Source of the DNA: Fimbriosthenelais zetlandica
Lineage: Eukaryota
Reading direction: 5' to 3'
Assembly: GCA_977030845.1 (NCBI GenBank)
Contig: OZ365109.1
Location: 23,808,001-23,872,000, forward strand
Length of the DNA stretch: 64,000 nucleotides
Positions 24,485 through 38,200 of the stretch are shown in pieces. The notes beneath the pieces were generated by a model, which saw only the letters and a list, made by a program, of their open reading frames with translations, searched no databases and was not told the origin of the DNA. Made by a program: the position numbers and the translations under genes. The first letter of the stretch is position 1. Each line of letters opens with the position of its first letter.

Positions 24485-25300
24485 GCATGCATCTGGAGTT
24501 CAACATGCATCTGGAGTTGACCCCAGAATGCATCTGGAGTTCGTATGTAGGTCAAAGTATGGTGGCCCAAAAGTATATAAAGCCCAGCATCAACTCCAGT
24601 TGCATGCTGCCGAACTCCAGTTGTATGTTCAGATGGGAATAAAGTCAGCATACATCTGGAGTTCTGCCCAGCTGTGCACGGACTCCAGTTGCATGCTGCT
24701 GATCTGGATATATAGGATATTTGTAAATGGGAATTAAAGTCAACTCCAGTTGCATGCTGCTGAACTCCATGTGTATGTTTGGATGGGAATAAAGTCAGCA
24801 TGCATCTGGAGTTCTGACCAGTTCTGCATGAACTCCAGTTGCATGCTGATGCTGCTGAACTCCAGTTGTATGTGTGGATGAGCTTCCATGGCCTATAGGA
24901 AGAAAGTCAGCATGCATCTGGAGTTCTGCATGACCTCCAGTTGCATGCTGCTGAACTGGACATATATAGGCCTATAAGTCAGCATGCATCTGGAGTTCTG
25001 CCCAGTTCTGCATGGACTCCAGTTGCATGCTGCTGAAGTGGTATGACATTTACATAGGAAAACCGCAGCAGCATGCAACTGGAGTTCACCATGAAAGAGC
25101 ATGTTGAACTCCAGATGCATGTTGAACTCCAGTTGCATGCTGCTGCAGCATGCAACTGGAGTTCAACATGCATCTGGAGTTGACCCCAGAATGCTGCAGC
25201 ATGCAACTGGAGTTCAACATGCATCTGGAGTTGACCCCAGAATGCATCTGGAGTTGGGCCATCAACTCCAGATGAATGCTGAACTCCAGATGTATGCTGA
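24485..25300. repeat. Palindrome-rich minisatellite array built from ATGCATCTGGAGTT / AACTCCAGTTGCATGCTGC units in both orientations
   Basis: Dozens of TGGAGTT / AACTCCA and GCATGC copies; a larger unit (aaagtcagcatgcatctggagttctg...actccagttgcatgctg) recurs near 24640, 24790, 24903 and 24976. Confidence 0.9.
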
Positions 25301-25844
25301 GTTTTTATGAATTAAATGTTTGCTTTTCTTTTGGGCCACCGTACTTCGTCGAATCTGGGTCAACTCCCATCGCATGCAGGGATAATGCGCGAAGGGACTC
25401 TGTCTCGAGAAAGTCCGCCGTAAGTATTAAGTGATTTTCTTTCTTATTTGTTCTGGAATTTCCACCTGAAAAGAGTATAATGTATAGTACTTTTCTACTT
25501 TTATCATCTGGCAAGATATAGTTACTTGAAACTGTGTCTAACTGTGAAAATTCAGCAAATATGTCCTCATACCCCCTATTATCGCTCACGTAACGTGTCT
25601 ATTATGCTGGGAGTGCCAATCATATAGAACTGTCTGTAGAACAACATTTCCAGGCCTAGTCTAGAGACTATAGAAGGCTTGTTGTATTATGATTACAGTA
25701 TATTGTTATTGTTGATGACCTAGGTCCTTCTTTTCGGACCAGGCTAGGGCTATTAGCCTCGGGCTAATTAATTTTCAATTAAATTACGGTACCCGGTAAT
25801 TAAAAAAAATAAATTAACAATACACTTTTTCTTTTTGTAGGAAA

Positions 25845-27598
25845 ATGGCTCAAGCTGATGATCAGACCAAGAAGCTGTATGACGAACCCGATCTATTTCA
25901 ATGTGTTGAAAATCAGACGAGAGAATTAACTTTAGAAGAAAAGAACAAATTGGCTGCGGACACTCAGCTCGTCAGCGATTTCAAACGCCAGAAATTTGAA
26001 AAGGAGGCACAGAAAAATTGGGATTTGTTTTACAAAAGAAATACAACAAAATTCTTTAAAGACAGACACTGGACAACTCGAGAATTTACAGAACTCTGTG
26101 ATGGCAAGGTATGCCAGTCCATTTACGGTATAGACTATAGGGCCTAGCCCTACCACTAAATTACCAGTACCGTAATTATTTTAACTACCGTACCGGTATA
26201 ATTTCACAGGAATCTTTCCTGATAATAAAATATGATTGAATCGTTTGTAAATTTTGTTTTACTGTTTTAAGGATGTTGAAACGGAACGTAAACTACTCGA
26301 AGTAGGATGTGGAGTAGGAAACTTTTTATTCCCGTTATTGGAAGACCTCCCACACTTATTCATCTATGCTTGCGACTTTTCTCCCAGGGCAGTTCAGTTT
26401 GTGCAGGTAATTTTCCCCACTAATCTTAAGATATAGTACCGTGTATTAACTATTTATTGACATTTATCCATCAATCATGTTGTCTATTTTGTTATATTAT
26501 TGTCAATATACTAATGCCTTCTTTAAAAAAAACTTTTTCGTTGTGTTTCAGCAAAACCCTTTGTATAAAGAGGACCGTTGCCAAGCTTTTCAATGTGACC
26601 TAGTGAAGGATAATTTAACTGATCACATAGCAGCGAATTCACTGGATATTGTCACTATGGTATTTGTACTATCGGCAGTCGGTCCAGAAAATATGACATT
26701 AGCATTATCCAATGTGTACCAGGTAGGTTAGGCCTAATTATTTAACATCTGAATGATTCCTTAAAGTGGAATTAGAATCACTTAGTGTGCTAGTTCTTTT
26801 ACAGACACTCACCAAGATTCAAGTGTATTTTCCTTTTTTGAAAATTAATAGACATCAGATACCGGTATACATGTATACATAGTTAAGATTTGAATTTTAT
26901 ATTTTATTTTTAAATTTGTATTTCACCATTTCAGGTGTTAAAACCTGGCGGATTTGTGCTCTTCCGGGACTATGGCTTGTATGATTACGCTCAGCTACGT
27001 TTCGCTAAAGGTCATAAATTAGAGGAAAACTTTTATGTGAGGCAGGATGGCACCAGGGCCTACTACTTTTCTAAAGGTAAGGTATAGTGAGTCCTATAGT
27101 ATGATGTTAATCGATTTATGTCACATTTAAATACCTTTCATAAAATGGTATTTTTCACATGTTTAATTTCGAGATTTCCCCCTTTTTAATAACAAAAAAG
27201 ACAAATGTTATATTAACGTGTTAATCATGCCGATATTATGCAGTAGCCTTATGGGATAAATAAAAGGTTACATCTACAAATAACATGCACTGTATTTTCT
27301 TAACCTTTTCTATCTTCCAGAAAAACTCGATATATTATTCACAGAAGTTGGCTTCACCACAGAGAAAAATGAATATATTCTGAGACAAACTGTAAATAAG
27401 AAAGAAAATCTCTGCGTTCCTCGAGTGTTCGTACAAGCCAAGTTCTGCAAATGTGAGGAGGAAGTAGAAAAGAGGCAAATATCGGTACCTGGCCAAGGAT
27501 ATGATAACGAATCCACCATAGATGCTGAAAATGAATTTCACTCTCCACCTTCAACATTAGCTAATTCTAAAGATAGGGAATCCGACGATCACGATTGA
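25845..27598 (+). CDS. METTL6: tRNA m3C methyltransferase METTL6, 5 coding exons
   Basis: Exons 25845-26108, 26272-26406, 26552-26722, 26935-27076, 27321-27598 (GT-AG, phases consistent). Motifs [35 protein letters not shown] (SAM motif), [42 protein letters not shown] match METTL6. An acceptor just before the ATG implies a non-coding first exon. Confidence 0.96.
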
Positions 27599-29013
27599 TA
27601 TATTATGGTTATTAGATTTTTACTTTTACTAAATAAATGTCTTACTTTTATCGGATAAGTTTGGTCTAATTCATTTTTCTGTGGCATAATATAGTTACTT
27701 ATCGCCAATATAAATACCCTACAGAGTTGACAATGTCCTCAAGTTAACAATGATATAGAGGAGAAATATGCTGCTGGGCAGGATGTATTTGTCTTGAATC
27801 TGCCCTTGAGGTGGAAAAATCCCACTTTTTTGCAGGTTTATCTAATATTGTTTGGGAATTAATATATTTAATGAGTTAAATGTTGGTAGCGATAAATATG
27901 ACATGTATGTCAAATTTTCAGATTATATTTTAGCTAATACAGTATTAGTTGATCAGTGATGATCCTGTTTGTATATTCCTGTTTGTACATGAGACTAGAA
28001 GCGCCACCAAGTGAGACATTCGTACTTGTACTATGGTTGAGTAAGTTTGTGGGGCATTCTGCCCCAGTTACATGTAGACATTGCCCTAAAATAGCCTACA
28101 CAATGAAAATGTATTTTGGCATTGACAGTTGTGAGGTGAATTTAAATCTGGATTTAAAGGTACGGTATTACTGTAAATATTAATATAAAGCGAGGATACT
28201 CTTCAGGTCTTGGGGGTTTGATAGATCATTATGGTGAAGACTAAATTATTGTTACTGTGTAGGTGCCCTTTTTTCTGCTTCACTTATGGTCAGTGTTATG
28301 AGATATAAATATAGGCTGCATGGATGCATTCGAAAGCTTTCCTTTTAGCCTACAAATTAGTATAATTTATTCCTAGGCGAAGTTCAACCACTGCTGACAC
28401 AAAGTCAAAGCCAAAAGCTAATTTAACATTTTCCATAATGTGGATAATCCTGACATTTCTCAACCAAACTTTTAACAATATTCATTCCTACTTTGGTATG
28501 GTAATAAGATGGCCAAGCAAATTTTTACTATTTCCCCCTCGGACCCATATTAACTTAAGATAAGTTTTTTTAAAGATAGTTTTGTAGGCCACCTGACAAT
28601 GGGCGAATTAAGCAATAATTGTTATTTCATAATATTAGCTTAAACGTCAATAAAATGTCCCAATATATATCATTCCCTTTAATGCTATATATTATTATTT
28701 CTTATCTACCTGGCCATGTGACTTTTATCTTTCAAAAGTAGGCTTATAGATTTCATGATTATGGTTCTAACTTGTCCGGAATTCATATACAAGTAAATCT
28801 AAAATCGTCCAAGTGTAATATCCTCTTGTTATATTCCTGGAGTTCACTTTTGATATTTTGTGGATGAACCTCACATTTCAATCTTTCAGATTGGCGAATG
28901 ATGAACCATTCTGGTGGTCCGTTATCTACGAGGAATAGGAGACCTACACTGCAAAGTCGGATATTAACTTAATCCGAGAGGTCCTTCAATCCATAGATCT
29001 CATAAAAATAGAA

Positions 29014-31438
29014 ATGGCTGGTCTTTTCTTTAGGATCTTCCATTGCTATATCATGATTGCCATAGCGTCCTGCCTTGAGAACGGTTTAGCCAGAACGCCC
29101 CCGATGGGGTGGTTGTCATGGGAACGGTTTGAATGCAACACCGATTGTGAAACTGATCCCGACAACTGCATTGGGTAAGGATTTTGAAGTATGGAAGGAA
29201 ATAATCTCCATACAAAAGGGACCAGTGTGTCCTGCCCCCTGTACCTAAATCCCATCTGGATCCGCCCATGCAACTAATATCTAAATTCAGCTCTTAATTC
29301 GACCACAGCAGAATTAATGTACATATGTGAAGGAGAATGAAAGGCAGTCTACAATATAATACATTTGTACATGCTTTATATGTAGGTAATGGTAGGTATG
29401 GCTCGGTCGTTGAGTAGCCTGAAAGCTAGGTTCGCAATCCTTACTGGCTGTATTTGGGGGAAAAGATCCTTCAATTGGCCTCAATTATACCGGATGTCAT
29501 GTTTTACCCAAAATAAATTTTATTTCAATCTTTTTTAGGGAGCGCTTAGTAATGCAGATGGCTGATGTCATGTCATCCAAGGGTTATAGAGAGGCTGGGT
29601 ATGAATACATTACGTTAGATGATTGCTGGCCAGCCAATCAGAGAGATGAAAACGGTCACCTGATCCCAGACCCAAAACGCTTTCCATCGGGCATGAAAGT
29701 TTTGGCTGATTATGTGAGTTTCCTTCATAGTCGGAGAGCCAAACCTCAAAAGGGCCTTATTAATTTATCAATTTCAGCTATCAACCACCATGCCCTTTAT
29801 TTATAGAGAATCCGTAGATATTCCCTAATTGAACTTTTAGGCCTACGTCAAATTTTACCTCCTTATAGCAATGTTGGCCTAATGCCATTATCAAGCATTA
29901 TTGTATCCTATTATATGAAAAATTGCAAATTTAAAAGGATTTCCTCTTTGCTCTACATGAAGGTGCATGGTCGTGGTCTGAAGCTAGGTCTCTATGAAGA
30001 TGTAGGGCGCCATACCTGTGCCGGATTTCCTGGCTCACAGGGTCATATCCAGCAGGATGCCCAGACATTCGCTGCTTGGGGTATAGACATGATCAAGTTC
30101 GACGGTTGTAATGCAGATGAGTCCTACTATCATTATGGTAAATTTGTGTATTATCTTCAGCATCGTTGGAAAATTCATAAATTCATTCATTTCTATTCCA
30201 TAATATTTATAATTCATCTTCAGGGTACCCGGCAATGGCAGCAGCCCTGAATGCCACTGGTCGTCATATACTATACTCTTGTGAATGGCCACTTTATGAG
30301 AGGGCTAAAGGTGTGAAGGTACATAATAATAGTTTAACTTCAACCATTTTTAACTTTTAACACAGCACGTAGTCTTTAGGTTATTTACTTTCCCAAATTC
30401 TGCACAAGCGCTCCATGAAACCTTTCTCTATTGAATATATTAGAATTGAAAATAAATAATCTTTTCTTCCTATGCTTTTTGTAGCCAAACTACACACAGG
30501 TGGCTGAGACTTGTAACACTTGGAGAGTGTACGGGGATATATATGACAGCTGGCAGAGTCTAACTTCTATCATAAACTGGTACGGAGATGACCCGGGTAA
30601 CTTCTCTTCTGTGTCAGGACCTGGGGCATGGAATGATGCTGACATGGTAAGAACGGCCGTCCTAATTTTCAAACCATTTTCAATGGATAGATGGATAGTT
30701 GGATGAATTAAATAGATGGATGGATGTGTGGCTGGGTGGAAAGCAACTAAGAGGGGGTTTGAAAAGTCTGTTTGAAATAATTATTTTTAAGTATGCGATA
30801 TTTGTTTCAGGTGGTAGTGGGTAACTATGGTTTGAGTGAGGATCAGGAGCGAGTACAGTTTGGTTTGTGGAGTATGTTCGCCTCTCCTCTCCTCATGTCT
30901 GTCGACCTTAGAACGATTCGCCCGTCATCTCACAATCTTCTCCTCAACAAGCGAGTTATAGCTATTAATCAAGACCGGCTGGGCATACAAGCCAAGAGAG
31001 TAATCAATGTGAGCTCATCAATTAATTCACGGTCTCTTTTATTAAACGGGTGGGACTGGGAGTCGGGTCTACCCAACTGGATAATAATGAAATAATTCAA
31101 ATTGGAATACCAGTACATTATATAAACTTTGTATGATTCCCAATGAAAAAAAAAATATATTCCATTTTTAGCTAGAAAATGGTCTGACCATGGTCTTCAC
31201 CCGCCCCCTTCTCCCGCGAGGCAGTGTAGGCATTGCAATGGTAAATATGAGAGAGGAAGGATACCCTCAACTCTTTTCCTTCCCCATCGTCCGCCTCGGA
31301 CTGCTGGACAAAGGTGGTTACCATCTCGTAGAAGTTTTCCATGGGAAGGATTATGGCAATGTGCAACCAGGTCAGAATATTACTTTTAGGGTGAATCCTA
31401 CAGGTATAGTACTTCTCAAAGCCTTACCATTATCATAG
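29014..31438 (+). CDS. GLA/NAGA: GH27 lysosomal alpha-galactosidase / alpha-N-acetylgalactosaminidase family enzyme, 7 coding exons
   Basis: Exons 29014-29174, 29539-29713, 29963-30137, 30224-30318, 30485-30646, 30811-31008, 31172-31438. Signal-peptide-like N-terminus then [29 protein letters not shown] (nucleophile Asp), WRVYGDI (acid/base Asp), WNDADM, INQD. Confidence 0.95.
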
Positions 31439-32212
31439 TATCCGATCACCGGTATATGAATTCATTCTAGTCCCATATTCCACTGGGATAGTCATTAGTG
31501 TGACTTAATTATTTTGTAGGACGCTGACAAAAAGTTTATTTTAAGTCAATAAATTACATTCGCCGCAGACCTATATGGAGGCTTTAACACATCATTATGA
31601 ATTTAGCTAGGCGTATATTATGTCAATGAGGAAATGCTTAAATGTAAAATGAAATTGTAAAAATGGTATTTTTGTCCTCTGCTATACTCTATTGTACAGG
31701 ATTATTTTCATCATGAATTAAACAGAAGACACAAAGGAAGTTCTCCTTTTATTCTATACATTCTAAAAGACTCCCATTACATTATTGGCTTTTGTCAATG
31801 CAAGAAAGGAGTTAAATGAAATATTAAAAATGCTAAAAACAATTCAATGGATCAGCAACTGAACTATGTGAAAATTAACAGTAAACAATACCGCTCAATT
31901 CTAACAAAGTTAGTCCAAGTTAAAAAATAGAATACAATGAAAGACAAGTACGAGGCGTGTATTATGTTCACAATTTCACAAACGAGATTTCAAATTATAG
32001 CGCATCCTGTGCAATACATGATTCTTTTCATAACAAATCAAGAAGTGGTTATCGACCACAAGATTAACAAAGGATCTGCACTTCACAATTTATGCTTGTC
32101 TTTTTATAAAAAAAATATCACCAATTTATTATTTTATATAAGTATTCCCCTAACGAATCTCTAGTCACAGTCAGTCTCCTATCATATTATATACAGAGTA
32201 AAAAAATACTTT

Positions 32213-35200
32213 TCACTGACACTGACTTTGGCTACTTTGAGACGTTGTCGGGGAGAGAGGGCATTGGTTACTTTGGGCTACGATCACATTCGTCATCATA
32301 GTGTTCAAGTGCATGTGCATGTGTACAAGATAACTGGAAGGCATTTCTTCCAATGTCTCGGGAGTCAGTCTTTGGGCCATTGCTTCGATATCTTTGAGCA
32401 ATTTCCTCGAGGAGTTTTTAGTCTCGTTGCCACCCTTGGAAGTGCTTGAACTTTCAGCTGTCAATTTCAGGTCTAGTTGTGTTTTAAACTCCTCTGTTAC
32501 GTGTAGATCTTCCACCTGTGGCTCTGATGGATTCTCGGTCGTTGGCATGCTGCCGAATGGGTCTCGGAATTCAAAATCGTGAGCATCGGACTCTTCTGTG
32601 TCCTCGATGTCGCTAACTTTGCCCACAATTTGGCCAGCGGCCACGTTGGAGGACTTGGCTGGGGTGGGTTCATCCGCTAGTGTGAGGTGAACATCCTCGG
32701 TGGCCATACTTTCCATGCTTGTATCGATTTCTGTGGATCGATTAAAAATGTTAGAAAATAATATTAATTTAAATGTTAGAAAATAATATTAACTGCACGT
32801 AGTTTAAAATTAGGACTGCAAGCAATATTAATTTAGAAGACCAAATCAGTTCTTTACCTTTGATGGGAGACATGGCTAAGGCATCTTCAACGCTCGGCAA
32901 TGGTTTCTTTGGAGAAAGGGGCGATTCTTGACTCAACTTTATCTCATTCTCCAGCTCTTCACTTGAACCTGAAAAGGAATTAAATTATTTTACTTGAAAC
33001 CTGAACTATAAAAAATAGTTTACATGAACTTAGCTTGTATCTAGACATCTGGCGACGATTAAAAGCTTCGTCAATCCATAATTAAAAGCGGCACTATCAC
33101 AGAATAGTGATGATTCGCCGGTCAATCAATGTTTCTCTGACCTAGATTTAAGCTGTTTGACCCAAATGATATTAGATCGTACTTTCGCACCTTAATAAAA
33201 CGCTGCTCAAAACAAGATCAGTAGAGAAGAAAAGAACTAAATATCTCACTCAAGATCCGCGATAGAGCCGCTTTAATTAATAGAAAGCCAGTTAAAGTCA
33301 CACTAAATGCATCTTGATAGAATTGGAATATTATGTTCCATATTAAACATTCCCTGGAATTCAATTTTATGAACTTACCTTCCTGGTGATCTGCTTCTGG
33401 CATAGCAGGAGCTTGGGATGTTGAAGGGCTTCGCTGTTTCCTCAGATTCCACTGAGTGGCATGAGCTTGTAGGACTTGTCGTACAGTGGCCACCTTTGGT
33501 GTACGAATGGGTAAGTTATGGACGTCGTACTCTGTAAGGCGACAGAGATCACCCACCGTCCTGATGTTCTTTGATCTGATTAATTGGCCGAGTCCACGTA
33601 CCCTGCATTGAAAATAATTGAAATGATTAGGAATTTGATTAAAATGGCTGTAGGCTCCCTAATGATCTGCCCCTGCAGGTATTTAGCAATCTGTTGCCGT
33701 AACGATTGTAAGCGTTACCACCAAAATCACAATAGTTACGATCAAATCGCCAATGACAAGGGTCATTATGTAAAACCCTGCTCTAAATAATCTTTGTGAT
33801 ATAGGAGAATAGGCTTCAAGCTAATGCTTTACCTTTCTGGAAATGCACTGACGATAAATAAGTTTGAAATGAGGAGCCACAAAACAACAAAAATATTGAT
33901 ATAAATTTATGCAGTAGAACTTTTTATTACTCACCATGTTGATGATGTTAGCTGAGGCAGGATCTGATCTATTGAGTCAGTACAGCTTAGTAGCTCAGGG
34001 TACACCGGGTGTTCACAATTTAGCTGCGACTCCTGTGTGCTCCTCATCGAATTCTGCGATGGTTCTTCCTTCTTTTTCTGCAGAAAGACATGTCATTGTA
34101 TTATAAGAAAATGATCGCAGAACAAGTGAGCAGAGAATCATTACGTTTAATATAAGATACTATATATTGGCGTGTCACTTCACATTGCCTGTTCCTTTTA
34201 TTTAATCTTCTTGGAGATAATACAGAATAATAGGATCATGCCCCAGACAATTTAAATTGTGCAATTTTAAAAACAGAGGATTATACTTACAGAGAAGGGC
34301 AAAGGTGCAACAAAGCCAGCGCTATCCTTCTCTGTCTCAGATTTGGAGGTGACGAACTGCAGCAACAATAATGCAAAGATTTATTTTAATATTAAAATTT
34401 TCAAAAAACATGATATAAAGACCGCATAAGCAAGAAATTAAAGGGAAACTCCATTAATATTGAAGTGTCAATAATTATCACCATAGGACAATCAGTGTAG
34501 TGGTTAGAATGTTTACCCTGGGTGTGGAAGGTCACCGTTTCGAACTGTGACCAGGTCAAACCGAAGACATACAAGTTTACTAATACGGAAGGCTCACCTT
34601 GGTTAGGGTTGTTGTGACTTTGGAGGTTGTGGCAACCAAAGGTGACGTCATCCTACCAAGTTTGGCTGGCATGTCAAGGCATCGGTTGACAGGTCGCGAG
34701 GGACTTTCTCTACTTGACAGAGTACATACATCAACAGCCTCGCTGAATGATACTCGCCTCTGCTACAAATAGATCAAAAGAACCTCATATAGGTTTGGAA
34801 TAATAGGATCTGTAATTCAACTATTAGACACTGAAATTTTTTTGTATAGATTCAAGATAGGTGTAAAGTCAAGATAGATCTTCCACTAGAGTGTTACATC
34901 CATCAATGAATTGGATAGAATTTTTAATATTTGTTAAGGTCTTTCTGGAGTAAAATCTATTGCAAATCATGGAAAACTTCAACATGAAAAGTTGGGGTAG
35001 GGGATGTGGTGTCCAATTGGATATTTATAGGACATTAATTTTATTGGCAACTTGCAAGTGCAAATCAAATCGATATGGTCAGAGACAATATTCAATACCA
35101 AAAAGTTGATATTTAAACAAGTGCTTTGACATTGAAAATGATCTTGCGAGGTCTTGGTAGACCACGATAATTAATTTATTTTTTACTTTTACATTGGCAT

Positions 35201-38200
35201 TTGAAAGAGTTTAATACACATTTAGACATACCTTATTTGGAGGAGATGGGGAATCCATTGGCACTTCTCCACTCAGTTTCCTTTTCTTGAGGATCCCAGC
35301 ACTGGGCGACGCTGATGGGGAGTACATCCGAGGCAGCTGTATGGGACGGAACGTGGGACTGTTGGCCGTGAGTAGCGGCTTACAAGAAGGAGGTGATCCA
35401 CTCTCTGCTGGAACACCACCCTGCTCTTCATTCTCAGATGTTCCTGGTTTCAATATGGACTTAGTCGGGGAGTCGGATGACTGGCCTTGGGGCTTGAGTG
35501 TGGTGAACTTCTTCCGGGCGTGGAGGGGTCCTGAGGGAAGGGACGATCTGGGTGCAAAAAGCCGGGACCTCTCCAGGATGAGTCGAGCCCTCGACTGATG
35601 TTTTGTAGCTGATGTGGGCGTCTCTGGTTGTTCCAGTGAGAGTGACTTCCTAGTCGGAGACAGGCTTTTCTTTTGAGGTGATTCTTCTATCTCGTACAGT
35701 TTCCTTGGAGACCTTCGGGGCGATGGCATCTCCTGGGCAACCTCCTCAGTGGGTTCGGGATCATTTTTGTTCGGGGATTTCCTAGGTGATTGTCTCACTG
35801 GTTTTTCTGGAGATTTCACTGGGGATGATTTCTTAGGGGATGCCCTCGTATTTTTAGCAGGGGATTCTGGTTTTATTTCCACCGGTTTTATTTCTTCTGG
35901 TTTTGTTACTTTGGTTTGGTCCTCGATTGGAGTTTCTTCAACATGTATTTCAGACACTTCAGGTGTAGACTCCTCTATTTTCACTTCATTGCTTATCATT
36001 TCTTCAACTTTCTCTTGTGATGGAGTTACTGCCTTTGTTTTGCGCAGTCTTTTCAGTGGAGATACAGATTTAGTTCGCTGGCGCCTATGACCAGGGGAGC
36101 CAGGACGTCTTCTTTGAAGAGAACTCAAAGACCGATTCAATTTTAACGAGACTTTAGACCGTAACCTCTTATTGACAGGCGACGTTTTCATGTCTATTGA
36201 CAAATTGGATAGCATCTTCTTCTTTTGGGCAATTTTCTTTTCTTCAAAAGTAATGGTTTTGTTAGGTGTGGAGGTCGTTTCGTTACCGGTAAATATGCCC
36301 TCGACATATAATCCGTCGCTGTCTTCTTCAATAGGTTTCTGTCCATCAGTATCAGATTGCGAGGTGGGAATATCCTTTAGATCCTCATTTTCAGAGGCAA
36401 TGTTTTCTTTCTCTAAATTCCTTTGATTGTCGGTCGATTTATTATTCAGCCCCTTCTTTAGATCTGTTAGGGGTATATCGTCATCATCTGAGTTGGTCTG
36501 GGCTTCTTTTTGCCTTTCAGCAAGAATCTTGATTGGAATATCGTCTTCTGGGTCGGTCTCCTCTGCCTTGGACTTAGGCTTTTGACTCTCGGTTTTTTCT
36601 TCAGAGTTTTCAGCACTGGTTTTCTCGACGTCTTCAATTCTTTTTCTCTTCCCTGTCGATTTCCTTCTACCGAGTTTCGGCACAGGTGACAGTACTGCTT
36701 GAGAATCTTGCGAGGAATCGTAGGCACGACTGACAAGTGTCTCGTTAGGACGAAGGTTAACTTCGACTTGTGGTTCTTTTTTCTTTTTAGTTTTTTCTGG
36801 AGTTGATGATGCATGTTTGTTATCAGTGTCAATATATTTCCTCGGAACAGACCGTCTGCGGTGTGATCTTTTCACATCATTTGACATATCTAATGAGGAC
36901 CTGGAATCCTGAGTCTCGGATGATTCAATGGGACTTGAATCGTCATCAGGGACCTTCTTCACAGCTTTTAGCGCCTTCGGCGGTCGGCCACGTCTAGGCT
37001 TTGAAATAAGAGTGGCATTCGAATCTTCAGAAGATACTGTGTTAGTTATATCAATGGGTGAAATATCAGGGTTCTCGGGTGGATTTGATTCCTCCGACTG
37101 CTTTTGTACACTATCTGGTTTGACTGCTTCATGAGTTTCAGTTTCGATATTCTCTGATTCAGTTGCCACTTCCATATTTGCTTCTTCTATGGTCATCATT
37201 TCATCCAACAAATCTGCTTCGCCCTTGCTAACTTCCTTCTGCTCTGGAACGTCTTTTTTTACCTCGGCTTTCCATTTTTCCAAGCCAAAACCGTCTTGAG
37301 AACTTGGTATAATATCTTCCATATCGAGGGGGGATATGGGAGCTGGTTTTTCCTGACTGACTTTACTCAATCTGAAGCTGCTCCGTCGTTTCAACTTCTT
37401 GACACTCGTCTCAGACGGTGTGGTGATCTTGGCTACAATATCGTCGGAGCTTTCAACAGATGGAACGGAGAGAGACTGAGAAGTGAAGCTCGATTTTGAT
37501 GTTTTCACTATATCCTCAGGTAACCTCGACAGCTGAACGACCGGATTGTAATCGACAGAATCCATTGGTGTTTTTCCTGGGGGTTTTTCAATCACATCCA
37601 GCGAGTCAGGAACAACTTCAGATTCATCCAAATTGAACAAACGTTTAGAGCATGCATCGTTCTCTCCTACATCAGGTACTTCCACTTCCATTTTATCTGG
37701 CGTCTCTTGAACCATCATACTTTCATGAACCGGTGATGATTTGTCTTGTACTTTAGAAGCAGTTGGGGAAAAGTCTTGCGTTTCCTCAACCAAAATAACA
37801 GGGGGGTCAGTAAGGCGTTTTTTGGGAGATACAGAGAACCAATTTTCCAATTTTTTCATTCCTTCGGATTTGGGTGAGCGTGATCGCCTTTCTGGAGACT
37901 TATGTCCCTTGTTGGAACTTGCCGCGGCCCTGGTTGTTCGATCCCTTGGTTTATGTTTCAAGATTGTCTCTGATGCTTGCGACTCGTTGTCTGCCGAGTC
38001 ATTGTCAGAATGAGATTTGTTGTCCTTGGTTCCTTCATCACTTGAGGAGTTCAAGACAATGGGGCTTTCCCCGTTGGATATCACAGACCTAGTTTGCCTG
38101 TCGGTGGTAGGTTTTTCATTATCTACAATGGACTGACCAAGGAGTTTTGTTGGTAATTTCTTTTTGGGACTTTGGCTGGTTTCGTCTGCAGGAGATGAAA

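Noticed and set aside
24485-25300. CRISPR-like array or coding repeats (ORFs such as MHLEFNMHLE, MQLEF)
   Set aside because: Eukaryotic context, no unique spacers of regular length, no cas genes; the ORFs are translations of the minisatellite in several frames.
25305-25589. 94-aa minus-strand ORF upstream of EAF
   Set aside because: No recognisable domain; EAF already has a complete ATG exon at 24068; overlaps a likely METTL6 5' exon or promoter on the other strand.
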